Origin: Nitrospirota bacterium
GTDB lineage: Bacteria > Nitrospirota > Thermodesulfovibrionia > Thermodesulfovibrionales > Dissulfurispiraceae
Direction of reading: 5' to 3'
Assembly: GCA_040758355.1 (NCBI GenBank)
Contig: JBFLWF010000003.1
Location: 1-64,000, forward strand
DNA length: 64,000 nucleotides
In this document: positions 32,001 through 40,930 of the stretch, piece by piece
Numbering within the stretch: the first letter of the stretch is position 1
Layout: every line of letters starts with the position of its first letter
Program-made: the position numbers and the translations under genes
Notes under the pieces: generated by a model
Databases searched by the model: none
The model's input: only the letters and a program-made list of their open reading frames with translations
What the model was told of the DNA's origin: nothing

Positions 32001-33013
32001 AAGAGATTTCCGTTTTCGAGCCGCGCCTTTGCATTGCCCTGAAGATCATTTAAATATCCGTTCAGTTTTCCTTCAAAATTCAGGTATCCCTTTAATTTTT
32101 CTTTTACTGCGAGCAATTCCATGAGCGTCTCGAGGAACAGATCGCCCTTGATTTTCAAGTCCATAAAAACCTTGTTTGTCCATATCTTTTGGCCTGTCTT
32201 CAGGCCATCGATCCTTAACGAACCATGAGCAACTACTTTTCCGTCCCCTCTGTTTTTAAGGCCGAAGACCCTTTTTATGGATTCGGTTAATAGATTTATC
32301 TCTGTACCGAACTCACCGCTTAATTTTTCTGTTCCGAATGTTCCGGATGTCTTTATTTCAGAGCCGTGGGATAGTATCCTTAAGCTTTTCAGATCAACTT
32401 CCCCTTCTTTAAGAAAGAAAAACATCTCCAGCATGGATGTGAATTCAGGGAACCCCTCTTTCATTACGCTGATACCGTGGGCGGATATCCTGAACCGCGG
32501 GGTACGGGATATTGTTATCTCGGCATTCATCCCCTCGGCCAGCAGTTTATAATCTTTGTCCTGAAGTGATAAAACGCCGTTACCGATGTCAACGGATTTT
32601 ATGATTACCTTGAAGGGCATTTTTGATTCTTCTGCAAGGTATTTTTTTACATTTTGTGCTATCTCCTCAACCTGCCCTCTATCTGACTGTATAACAGGCC
32701 CTTTTATGACGAGCCTCCTTAAGACTATTTCCTTTCTCAACAGTCCGGAGATCCCGACATAGCCTTTGACCCTTTCAGCACTAAAGATACGATTGCCGTT
32801 GTCATCAAAGGCCTTCACATCCTTCATCTCTACAAAGAGGGGGAAGATATTTATGTATATCTTCTGGGTTATGAACTTCCTGCCTGTTATCAGTTCAAGC
32901 TCAGGCAATATCACTTTTTTTAGGGCATTGGAAATATTGGGACCCCTTAGTGCATAGAAAGAGATGCCTAAGAGAATGGCTAATATTGCGATAGAGATAA
33001 TTCTTTTTTTCAT
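28967..33013 (-). CDS. Translocation/assembly module TamB-family protein
   Basis: N-terminal anchor, long beta-rich body, DUF490-like C-terminus ending FRFEFK; adjacent to an Omp85 gene. Confidence 0.85.
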   Translation of the reverse strand: MKKRIISIAILAILLGISFYALRGPNISNALKKVILPELELITGRKFITQKIYINIFPLFVEMKDVKAFDDNGNRIFSAERVKGYVGISGLLRKEIVLRRLVIKGPVIQSDRGQVEEIAQNVKKYLAEESKMPFKVIIKSVDIGNGVLSLQDKDYKLLAEGMNAEITISRTPRFRISAHGISVMKEGFPEFTSMLEMFFFLKEGEVDLKSLRILSHGSEIKTSGTFGTEKLSGEFGTEINLLTESIKRVFGLKNRGDGKVVAHGSLRIDGLKTGQKIWTNKVFMDLKIKGDLFLETLMELLAVKEKLKGYLNFEGKLNGYLNDLQGNAKARLENGNLFDVEIDSLNCNVSYKDGTMKFTDGSARLYKGTAHVEATIQLPVVNYYTLKVGVKDVSSKGLFKLIRWDPHIPEGRVSGEIESAGSEFNPHGNFYYSNLYYIGVPKDRDILDRVKKIESEFSMKGDEIYFPEMFISTDKSSILTSGTVDLKKNTLSFAGNGATDDVKEFSSPYFTALSGPGKFNCSVSGTFKDPVIDLKFASNNTIFSIGELGIPDALKKRVINFDRAEGEMVYRKNLLTVKNIIASTAKEEYRASGSVYFKKALELFELREPDYDLNISARNIDIKALSDTFQDAPTFAGNMDADFRLYGKPYDIRASGDVHAKRLSLQALQNKYSVDSADGKVSYAKREFSFGSLRIKRGTSTLNANGILTLDKRFSFAARGQNVKAVDIIPNDSNGSNSLSRLKSSKILETILLTDTDIKGEGTFENPKIELKSSINGGSYKGHSVGKGMLKGILIDKHAEIAAEFLNGRMSIKGNADLTEKLPWSATVELQTARYDFIAAGFLKDIPEDLLLNLTGNIKAYGDKDHINAIATINRVHLYLYGIGFTNSSDIIARLEDRKLSIGALSMKGDTTEFKLSGNMTIGKSYDLLLEGSSSLAPLKAISKTIDVVKGNASFVFSVSGDWEKPKINGGMDVSSGTLGFKDISYRLTSIAAYIYIDEDRIAIERANGKLSGGDVSISGTAFLDRFSIKRFFLESRLHNITASVSKDFWVSFDGNIYYRGTMDIQTLMGDIAIKKAKYSERIEWKSWLLKARPKERPRVEVTKLDKTNLNIRVSGTNLFIDNNVARALMKMDILLRGSIGQPILLGKVEAKEGIVYFRNNEFKVLKASVDFANPNQVNPYFDIAAETRVRNYNIRLNLDGYIEQFNLSLSSSPALDETDIFSLLTVGQMGKHLKGLEGGIGAGEATSFITGKLQDVFEERLKTITGFDRVQIDPYISKSTGTVTPRVTIAKRLLGDKLYVTYSTAVGTGEEQVLKLEYTLGKNTSLIGLRDERGGIGGDIKFRFEFK

Positions 33014-33021
33014 AGGTATTG

Positions 33022-35550
33022 CTATAAAATAACGGCCTGAATTGAATTCAGGATATTCATTACAGACCCTGCGTTAAGTTTGCCTCCCCCATGCTGCAGA
33101 TAAAACACATCCCTTGCTACCCTGTCCTCTGTATTAATGACCGCGGACACGATATCAATACCATGTGCGTAAAGCCGTGTTGATATATCATACAACAATC
33201 CAAGCCTGTCATGGGAAAACAACTCAAGTATTGTATATTCCCCGGATGTTTCATTGTCAATTTCAACAAAAGGCGTGAATCGGTAAATGGGTGAATAGGC
33301 GAATGGGTGAATAAGTGGAGTTTCACCAAGTCCTTGAAGCATTGCCCTTTTCATGTCCTCCTTTATCTGTTCTTCCATTCCCTGCCACCACATATCCCTC
33401 CAGTTGGATACCAGTATCTTATCTATCACGAGGCCATCCTTTCCCGTATAAAGCCTTGCACGGAGTATATTCAACCCCCTGAATCCAAGCACGCCAACTA
33501 TTTTCGAAAAAAGGCCTGGCATATCGTCAGTTACTATTGTGAATTCCGCTGTACCGTCTTGTCTTTCTGAAATGGAGACCAGCGGTCTTTTATTAGACGG
33601 CATTATTGCCATCTGGTAGTCGGTATTTATTGCATCAAGGGTATTGGAAATCAAATATCTATCAGGCATATTCTTAACAAACTCTTTAATCTTCCCGTCC
33701 GGTATATTGAGGTATTGTCCTGTAATCCCCATGAGATGTGCCCTTGTCCTGTTGTATATATCGTGAAAGAGGTATGCCTTCCATTCTGTCCAGAAATCGG
33801 GATTGACGGCTGTCATGTCTGCATAGGTCATAAGGTATAATGCATCGAGATTGTCTTTGTTTTCCACAATCTCTGCGAGTTGCGTGACGGTTTCCGGGGC
33901 GTCGATGTCACGCATCAGGGCAAGCTTTGATAACACGATGTGGTTTTTCACAAGGAATTCTATTTTCTGTCTGTCGTTATGTTCTATATTAAATCTCTCC
34001 ATGACGCCTTTAAGTATCCTGTATCCATAATCTTCATGATGTTTCTCAGGGGTACCCTTGCCGATGTCGTGAAGGAGTATGGATAGAAACAGCGTCTCCT
34101 GTTTCACATTTTTTAGAATATCGGCAAGGTACTGCAATTTCTTATGACGTGTATTCTTCAACATTTCGAGATTTCTTATGGCGATGAGGGTATGCTCGTC
34201 CACCGTGTATCTGTGGTAGGGTTCCTGTATAACGAGATGCCGCAATCTGCCGAATTCAGGGATGAACCTGTCGAGGATGCCGGTATCATGCATTTCCCTT
34301 AATGTCTCATATACCCTGTTGCCTTTCAGTATTTCCAGAAAAAGCATTATTGCCCTTCTGGATGACCGTGTCTTTTTATTTATGAAAAGAAATCTGCTCC
34401 TTATGGCATCTCTAACCTGAGGACTGAACTTCCTTCCGGTTATGGAATAAATATGGAATGCCTCAAGGATATTGTCCGTATTTCTAAATAGACCTTTATC
34501 TTTTACAATAATCTCATTTTTCGAGATATAAAAATCATCCGTTATTTTCTTGATACCCACAGGGATAGGGAAATCTACATATTGGCGGCTGCAGATATCG
34601 ACAACTTTTGAGAGGACATCCATTATGTTTTTCGCCTTTTTATAATAAAGCCGCATGAGTATTTCTGATGAGAGGAAACGCTTTGTATCCTTAAGTCCCA
34701 CATTCTTTGCTGTTTCGTCCTGAAACTCGAAGGATAAAATATCGTTTCTTCTCCTTGAGATATAATGCAGGCAAAGCCTTGTCTTTAAAATAAAATCATA
34801 GGCCTTTATGAAGTGGTTATAATCGCTCTCGGATAATATTTCCCTCAGCCCCTCAATTTCGTTTATCCGCCCATGGGTCATCGACAATCCTGTCTTTAAA
34901 AGCCATGACATGGAATGAATATCCCTGAGACCTCCCCTTCCCTCTTTCACATTTGGCTCAAGGAGATACACGGAATCGCCGTATTCACTATGTCTTCTTT
35001 CTATTTCCCTGAGTATATCTCCTACAAATTCCCTTTTCCTTTTAAATAATAGTTTCTGGTAAACATCCCGTCTGAATTCATCAAAGAGGGACTGGTTCCC
35101 TGCAAGGAATCTCGATTCGATCAGTGATGTGCGCGTCTGCAAGTCGTTCATTGCATCTTCTATGCATTCGTTCAGCGTCCTGAAACAGTGGCTTATATTC
35201 AGCCCCATATCCCAGAGGCGATACAGGACAGACTGTGCCGTTTCCGTGCTGCCCGTATCCCGTTTTTTTGCGAGGAGCATAATATCGATATCCGAATAAG
35301 GTGCGACCTCCCTGCGTCCGTAGCCTCCGACAGCAACGAGGGCCAAATCGAGTTCTGAGTCCAGAGTTCCGAGTTCAGAGTTATATACTGAAATGAGAAC
35401 ATTATCAACAATATCCGCCAATTGACAGGCTGTTGATATTCCGTCAGTGCCTGACTTAATGAGTTCTTCAGCCTTATTGCACAAAAGTTCATTAATATTC
35501 TGTCTTCTGTCCTCTATTTTCTGACTCCTGACTCTTGACTCCTGACTCAT
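33022..35550 (-). CDS. glnD: [Protein-PII] uridylyltransferase / uridylyl-removing enzyme
   Basis: AVGGYGRRE.APYSDID, EPNVKEGRGGLRD, YH.YTVDEH, LLHDIGKG, two ACT domains. Confidence 0.95.
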   Translation of the reverse strand: MSQESRVRSQKIEDRRQNINELLCNKAEELIKSGTDGISTACQLADIVDNVLISVYNSELGTLDSELDLALVAVGGYGRREVAPYSDIDIMLLAKKRDTGSTETAQSVLYRLWDMGLNISHCFRTLNECIEDAMNDLQTRTSLIESRFLAGNQSLFDEFRRDVYQKLLFKRKREFVGDILREIERRHSEYGDSVYLLEPNVKEGRGGLRDIHSMSWLLKTGLSMTHGRINEIEGLREILSESDYNHFIKAYDFILKTRLCLHYISRRRNDILSFEFQDETAKNVGLKDTKRFLSSEILMRLYYKKAKNIMDVLSKVVDICSRQYVDFPIPVGIKKITDDFYISKNEIIVKDKGLFRNTDNILEAFHIYSITGRKFSPQVRDAIRSRFLFINKKTRSSRRAIMLFLEILKGNRVYETLREMHDTGILDRFIPEFGRLRHLVIQEPYHRYTVDEHTLIAIRNLEMLKNTRHKKLQYLADILKNVKQETLFLSILLHDIGKGTPEKHHEDYGYRILKGVMERFNIEHNDRQKIEFLVKNHIVLSKLALMRDIDAPETVTQLAEIVENKDNLDALYLMTYADMTAVNPDFWTEWKAYLFHDIYNRTRAHLMGITGQYLNIPDGKIKEFVKNMPDRYLISNTLDAINTDYQMAIMPSNKRPLVSISERQDGTAEFTIVTDDMPGLFSKIVGVLGFRGLNILRARLYTGKDGLVIDKILVSNWRDMWWQGMEEQIKEDMKRAMLQGLGETPLIHPFAYSPIYRFTPFVEIDNETSGEYTILELFSHDRLGLLYDISTRLYAHGIDIVSAVINTEDRVARDVFYLQHGGGKLNAGSVMNILNSIQAVIL

Positions 35551-35552
35551 CT

Positions 35553-36759
35553 TTATTCATACCTCAATGCCACAATCGGGTCGTAAAGGGCTGCCTTTCT
35601 TGCAGGATAGACACCAAAGAAGACGCCTATCATGCCGGAAAATAAAAATGCAATAACAACAGACCACCATGTTATATGTGTGGGCAGAAAATCAAAAAAG
35701 TAATGGAGTCCCACGGACAATGCGATTCCGAGGATAATTCCTCCAACTCCTCCTATGACGCTGAGGATTACCGACTCAGCAAGGAACTGCAATAAGATGT
35801 CCCTGTTCTTTGCGCCAACGGCCTTTCTTATGCCTATCTCCCTTGTCCTCTCTTTGACAGAGACCAGCATTATATTCATAATCCCTATCCCACCCACAAT
35901 AAGCGATATGGTGGCTATTCCTGCAAGGACTGCCGTCATTATGTTAAGGATCTTTCCCATGACAGCTATCATTTCATCCTGGCTGAGAATAGTAAAATCC
36001 TCTTTATTGGCATGTCTCCTCAATCAATATCCCCCTGATCTCTTTTTTTGCCTCATCTATGAGCTCTGCATTTCTCACTTTCACCGTAATATTGAATAAT
36101 CTGTCTGTATCAAACAATTCCAGAGCCGATGTTGTCGGGATAAATACCACGTCATCTATATCAAACCCAAGGGCCATGCCCTTTGGCGCCATGATCCCTA
36201 TGACCCGGTATTTTGTATCGCCTATGGAAACCACTGCTCCGAGCGGGTTTGAGTCGCCTATTACCTCCTTTTTCACTGTCCTTCCAAGGACGCATACCTT
36301 TTGTCTCGAATCCACATCCGAGGCATTGATTCCCCTTCCGATTTCGATTTTCAGGTTTCTTATGTCGAAATAGGGATCTGTAACTCCTACAATATACGTA
36401 TCCCTGCTTTTCCCCTTGTATTTTATCCACGATGTGCCCAGGATTACAGGAACAGCATGAATTATGTTCTTTGCCCTTTTCTCGATAAACCTTGCCTCAT
36501 CATAGGTGATCTTTCTGACAACGGATGTCCCCATATGCATGCCGCCCTCTTTCGATGTCTTTCCATGCACAACGATGAGTATATTTGAGCCGAGCTCTCC
36601 CAACTCCTTGTATATCTCCCTTCTTGCCCCTTCTCCGATGGATACGAGCAGGATAACTGCCCCGACTCCGATTATTATCCCTATCATTGTGAGGGCGGAT
36701 CGTATCTTGTTTACAAACAACGAATCCTTCGCAACACTTATTGTCTCAATAACATCCAC
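35553..36759 (-). pseudogene. MacB-like ABC permease split by a 1-nt frameshift near 36024 (pseudogene or sequencing error)
   Basis: The two ORFs encode the N- and C-halves (RSALTMIGIIIGV; GGIGIMNIMLVSVKERTREIGIRKAVGA). Removing one T from ATTG restores ILMRRHANKEDF. Confidence 0.85.
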
Positions 36760-37417
36760 TGAAGCATACCCCGTCTTTTATTGTGATTATCCTTTCTGCA
36801 TGCTCCGAGATGGATTTCTCGTGTGTAACCATTATTATGGTAGCGCCTTCCTTGTGTATGGACTTAAATATATCCATTATCTCCTGCCCTGTTTTTGAAT
36901 CAAGGTTTCCTGTTGGCTCGTCGGCAAGTATCAGTGAAGGATTATTTATCAGGGCCCTCGCTATGGAGACCCTCTGCTGCTCTCCACCAGAAAGCTCGCT
37001 CGGCAGATGGTTTGCGCGATGAGAAAGGCCAACCTTTTGTAAAAGTTCAAAGGCCCTCTTATTTCTTTCCTCTGAAGGTATTCCGCTGTAAAGCAACGGC
37101 AGCACAACATTTTTAATGGCAGAGAGTCTTGGTATGAGATTAAAAGTCTGAAAGACAAATCCTATCTTTCTATTCCGTATCTCTGCCAGTTCATTGTCAG
37201 ACAGGGTGCTTATATCGATGCTGTCCAGCAGGTATTTTCCCGATGTTGGCCTGTCAAGGCATCCTATGAGATTTAAAAGCGTTGATTTTCCCGAACCAGA
37301 AGGCCCCATTATTGAGAGGAATTCACCTTCTTTTATCTCAAGGGTTATGCCCTTCAAAACCTCAACTACTCTGCCCGGCAGGATATAGCTTTTTTTGATA
37401 TCATCAAGTATGACCAT
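36746..37417 (-). CDS. ABC transporter ATP-binding protein (MacB/LolD-like)
   Basis: [31 protein letters not shown]. Confidence 0.95.
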   Translation of the reverse strand: MVILDDIKKSYILPGRVVEVLKGITLEIKEGEFLSIMGPSGSGKSTLLNLIGCLDRPTSGKYLLDSIDISTLSDNELAEIRNRKIGFVFQTFNLIPRLSAIKNVVLPLLYSGIPSEERNKRAFELLQKVGLSHRANHLPSELSGGEQQRVSIARALINNPSLILADEPTGNLDSKTGQEIMDIFKSIHKEGATIIMVTHEKSISEHAERIITIKDGVCFSGCY

Positions 37418-38508
37418 TACTTCCTTTTAACCCTTATCCCATCCCTAAGCTTTGGCGTATCAGGGTTTATTATCACCTCATCGCCCTCGCTTATCCCTGA
37501 CAAGACCTCTGTATACGTCCAGTTGGAGCGCCCTGTTTTTACCTGAACAAGCCTTGCCTTTGAATCCTTTACAACATATGCAAATGAGTTCCCATTCCTT
37601 TCAATTACAGCCTGTGACGGGATAATGAGGGCATTGTCCGCCTTATCGACAATTACCTCCACCTCAGCAGACATGCCGGGCTTTATGGCAGGCGGCATCT
37701 CTTTCAGTCTCGCCCTTACCTCAAATGTCCTCGTCTCCTGTTTGCCTCCTGTAACAACAGGAGAGACCCTGTAGACCACGCCTTTAAAAACCCTGTCCTG
37801 ATAGGCATCCATTGTTATATTGATCTCTTTGCCGATGGATACCCTTGATATATCAGCCTCGTCTATAAACCCCTCCACATAGAGGGAATCTATGGACACG
37901 ACCGTCCCCATGATGTTGCCCTTTACGATAGTATCTCCCAGTTCCACAAACCTTGCAGTGACAACACCATCTATAGGAGACCTTATGAATGAGTAACTGT
38001 AATTTAATTTCGCTATTGCGAGGGAATTCTCTGCCTCTTTAACCGAGGCATCTGCAACTGCATGTTCTTTTTCTGTCAAATCGAGCTCTGCTTCCGATAT
38101 ATATCCTGCCTTGATTAATTCCTTTGCCCTCTTTAACCTCTTATCTGTTTCTGACAATATGGCCCTTGCCTTTTGCAGAGTGGCTTCTGCGAGTTTTAGA
38201 TTCAGATATTCTTCTTCAGAATCAAGCTCGGTAATAACTTTTTTATTGTCGACAAAAGTGCCTTCATCGAACAAGAGTTTTGTTATCCTTCCTGTCCGCT
38301 GAGAACTTATCCTCGCCTCTGTCTCTGCCTTGATAGTCCCTGTGGATGTGGCAGTAACAGTAATCAAAAAGGGCTGGCGCTGTATGGTTGCTGTTTTTAC
38401 ATCAACACCCCGTGAAACTTTCAACAGCAGCACTATTGCGATTATGATAAAGACTGAAACGGCGATGATTTTTATACCTTTTCGCACTGGCAATCCCTTA
38501 AAAACCAA
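37417..38508 (-). CDS. Efflux periplasmic adaptor subunit (MacA-like)
   Basis: N-terminal anchor, coiled hairpin, IRSPIDGVV, DEADI, KPGMSA. Confidence 0.9.
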   Translation of the reverse strand: MVFKGLPVRKGIKIIAVSVFIIIAIVLLLKVSRGVDVKTATIQRQPFLITVTATSTGTIKAETEARISSQRTGRITKLLFDEGTFVDNKKVITELDSEEEYLNLKLAEATLQKARAILSETDKRLKRAKELIKAGYISEAELDLTEKEHAVADASVKEAENSLAIAKLNYSYSFIRSPIDGVVTARFVELGDTIVKGNIMGTVVSIDSLYVEGFIDEADISRVSIGKEINITMDAYQDRVFKGVVYRVSPVVTGGKQETRTFEVRARLKEMPPAIKPGMSAEVEVIVDKADNALIIPSQAVIERNGNSFAYVVKDSKARLVQVKTGRSNWTYTEVLSGISEGDEVIINPDTPKLRDGIRVKRK

Positions 38509-38645
38509 TATTGTTTTTTTGCCCTATTAACTATAGCATCTTGCATAGTAAAATTAAAAATTTTAATAGATATATAGCCTCGTTGAAACACTGTATATTA
38601 TTGTGCTAAAGTCTATAACTTTACCGAAACCGAGAGGAAAATCCA

Positions 38646-39113
38646 TTGGAAGACACACTGAAATCACTCGCAAATAATTTCAAAGAAAAAGAAGGCAATA
38701 TTATCTCCCTTTTGCAGGAGACGCAGGACGCCTTTGGCTACATACCCGAAGATGCCGTATATTTTTTCTCAAAGGAGCTTGATATTCCAGCGAGCCGCTT
38801 TTTCGGCGTTGCCACATTTTATGCGCAGTTTTATCTCAAACCGAGAGGCAAAAATATAATTACCGCCTGCTGCGGAACCGCCTGTCATGTGAAAGGAGCG
38901 GAAAAACTCATAAACAACGCAAAGAGGGAGCTAAACCTTACAGATGAAAATAATACCACCGATGATAAAAAATTCACCCTTGAACAGGTGGCTTGTGTTG
39001 GCGCATGCAGCATTGCACCTGTTGTGATAATCAACAAAAAGGTCTATGGGAAGATGACAACCGATAAACTTACAAAAGAGATTAAGACATTAAGGCAGGA
39101 AAGTAATGCCTGA
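38646..39113 (+). CDS. NuoE/HydC-like [2Fe-2S] subunit
   Basis: GVATFY.QF, CCGTACHVKG, ACVGACSIAP; TTG start after AGAGGA. Confidence 0.92.
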   Translation: MEDTLKSLANNFKEKEGNIISLLQETQDAFGYIPEDAVYFFSKELDIPASRFFGVATFYAQFYLKPRGKNIITACCGTACHVKGAEKLINNAKRELNLTDENNTTDDKKFTLEQVACVGACSIAPVVIINKKVYGKMTTDKLTKEIKTLRQESNA

Positions 39114-40887
39114 ATCTAAAATAAATCTCGAAATAAAGGTATGTATGGGCACCGGCGGCATTGCTGCAGGAGGCACAGAGGTGCTCGCAGCATTTGATTC
39201 GGCATTAAAAGAGCGGGACATTCAGGCTGAATTGCAGATGGGATGCTCTATGCATAAGGTCGGCTGCCGGGGCCTGTGCGCTAAAGATGTGCTTGTCGAT
39301 GTGATAATCAACGATAATAAGGCGACCTATCAATACATAAAACCGGAGATGGTTCAAAGGATTGTGGATGAACATATTGTCGGCGGCAATCCGGTTGCAG
39401 ATTGGCTGGTTGCGGATGATTATCACAATTTCCACAAAAAGCAGGTAAAGGTTGTTCTTTCCGATTGCGGGAACATTGACCCCGAAAATATAGACTCCTA
39501 TATAGCTGCTGGTGGTTATAAGGCAACTGAGAAGGTCTTTAGATCGATGAATCCCGATACCGTCATAGCAGAGATAAAGAAATCAGGCCTGAGAGGCAGA
39601 GGCGGGGCAGGCTTCCCAACAGGCGTTAAATGGGAAGCATGCAGGGGTATGCAATCAGAACAAAAATATATCATATGCAATGCGGACGAAGGCGATCCCG
39701 GCGCATTCATGGACAGGGCTGTTATAGAGGGCAATCCCCATGCCGTTATCGAAGGCATGGTCATAGGAGCATATGCAATCGGAGCGAGCAAGGGATATGT
39801 ATATATAAGGGCAGAATATCCGCTTGCTGTTGAGAGGCTCAAACTCGCCATCAAAACAGCGAGAGAGCGGAAATTCCTCGGAAATAACATACTCGATTCC
39901 GGCTTCAGCTTTGACATAAAGATAAAGCTTGGCGCAGGCGCATTTGTATGCGGAGAAGAGACGGCTCTTATCGCATCCATCGAAGGGCAACGTGGAATGC
40001 CGAGGGCAAAGCCGCCCTTCCCTGTTTATCAGGGCTTATGGGGAAAACCAACCGTTATCAATAATGTGGAAACCCTTGCAAATATACCGTATATCATAAA
40101 TAAAGGTGCTGACTGGTATTCATCCTATGGTACGGAAAAATCAAAAGGCACAAAGGTCTTTGCACTAACAGGAAAGGTAAAAAATACAGGCCTCATTGAG
40201 GTCCCAATGGGAATAACCCTGATGGAAATAATCTATGATATCGGTGGAGGAATAGAAAACAACAAAAAGCTGAAGGCTGTCCAGACAGGCGGGCCTTCAG
40301 GAGGATGCATAACACCCGATATGCTCGACATAAATGTGGATTACGAATCCCTAGCTAAAGTCGGCTCTATCGTGGGCTCAGGCGGAATGATAGTCCTTGA
40401 CGAGGATGACTGTATGGTCAACGTTGCCAAATATTTTCTCTCATTTACTCAGGCGGAATCATGCGGCAAGTGCGTTCCATGCAGAATAGGCACAAAGAGA
40501 CTTCTCGAAATGCTCGACAGAATTACCAAAGGAAAAGGCAAGGAAGGAGATATAGAACTCTTAGAGAAATTGAGCAGCGATGTAAAGGCTGCTTCCCTGT
40601 GCGGTCTCGGACAGACAGCCCCGAATCCGGTTCTAAGCACCATTAAATACTTCAGGGAAGAATACGAGGCGCATTTGCAGGGGAAATGCCCTGCAAAGGT
40701 GTGCAGGGATCTTCTGACATATCACATAATCGAAGAATTCTGTAAAGGCTGTGGAGCATGTATGAGGGCATGTCCTGCAGGGGCTATAACAGGAGAGAAA
40801 AAGAAGCCCCATAAGATAGCTCCCGAGATATGCATCAAATGCGGGGCATGTTTTGATGTATGCAAATTCAAGGCAGTAGGAAGATAA
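39106..40887 (+). CDS. NuoF/HydB-like FMN/NADH-binding subunit with N-terminal thioredoxin-like and C-terminal 2x[4Fe-4S] domains
   Basis: LRGRGGAGFPTG, CNADEGDPGAFMDR, CGEETAL, GGPSGG, ESCGKCVPCR, two CxxCxxCxxxC motifs. Confidence 0.93.
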   Translation: MPESKINLEIKVCMGTGGIAAGGTEVLAAFDSALKERDIQAELQMGCSMHKVGCRGLCAKDVLVDVIINDNKATYQYIKPEMVQRIVDEHIVGGNPVADWLVADDYHNFHKKQVKVVLSDCGNIDPENIDSYIAAGGYKATEKVFRSMNPDTVIAEIKKSGLRGRGGAGFPTGVKWEACRGMQSEQKYIICNADEGDPGAFMDRAVIEGNPHAVIEGMVIGAYAIGASKGYVYIRAEYPLAVERLKLAIKTARERKFLGNNILDSGFSFDIKIKLGAGAFVCGEETALIASIEGQRGMPRAKPPFPVYQGLWGKPTVINNVETLANIPYIINKGADWYSSYGTEKSKGTKVFALTGKVKNTGLIEVPMGITLMEIIYDIGGGIENNKKLKAVQTGGPSGGCITPDMLDINVDYESLAKVGSIVGSGGMIVLDEDDCMVNVAKYFLSFTQAESCGKCVPCRIGTKRLLEMLDRITKGKGKEGDIELLEKLSSDVKAASLCGLGQTAPNPVLSTIKYFREEYEAHLQGKCPAKVCRDLLTYHIIEEFCKGCGACMRACPAGAITGEKKKPHKIAPEICIKCGACFDVCKFKAVGR

Positions 40888-40930
40888 TAATGGAGTATCG
40901 GGGTGACGGAGTATTTGGAGGAGATATAAA

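Noticed and set aside
38601..38618. Rex operator before the nuoE-like gene
   Set aside because: TTGTGCTAAAGTCTATAA matches TTGTGAA-N4-TTCACAA too poorly.
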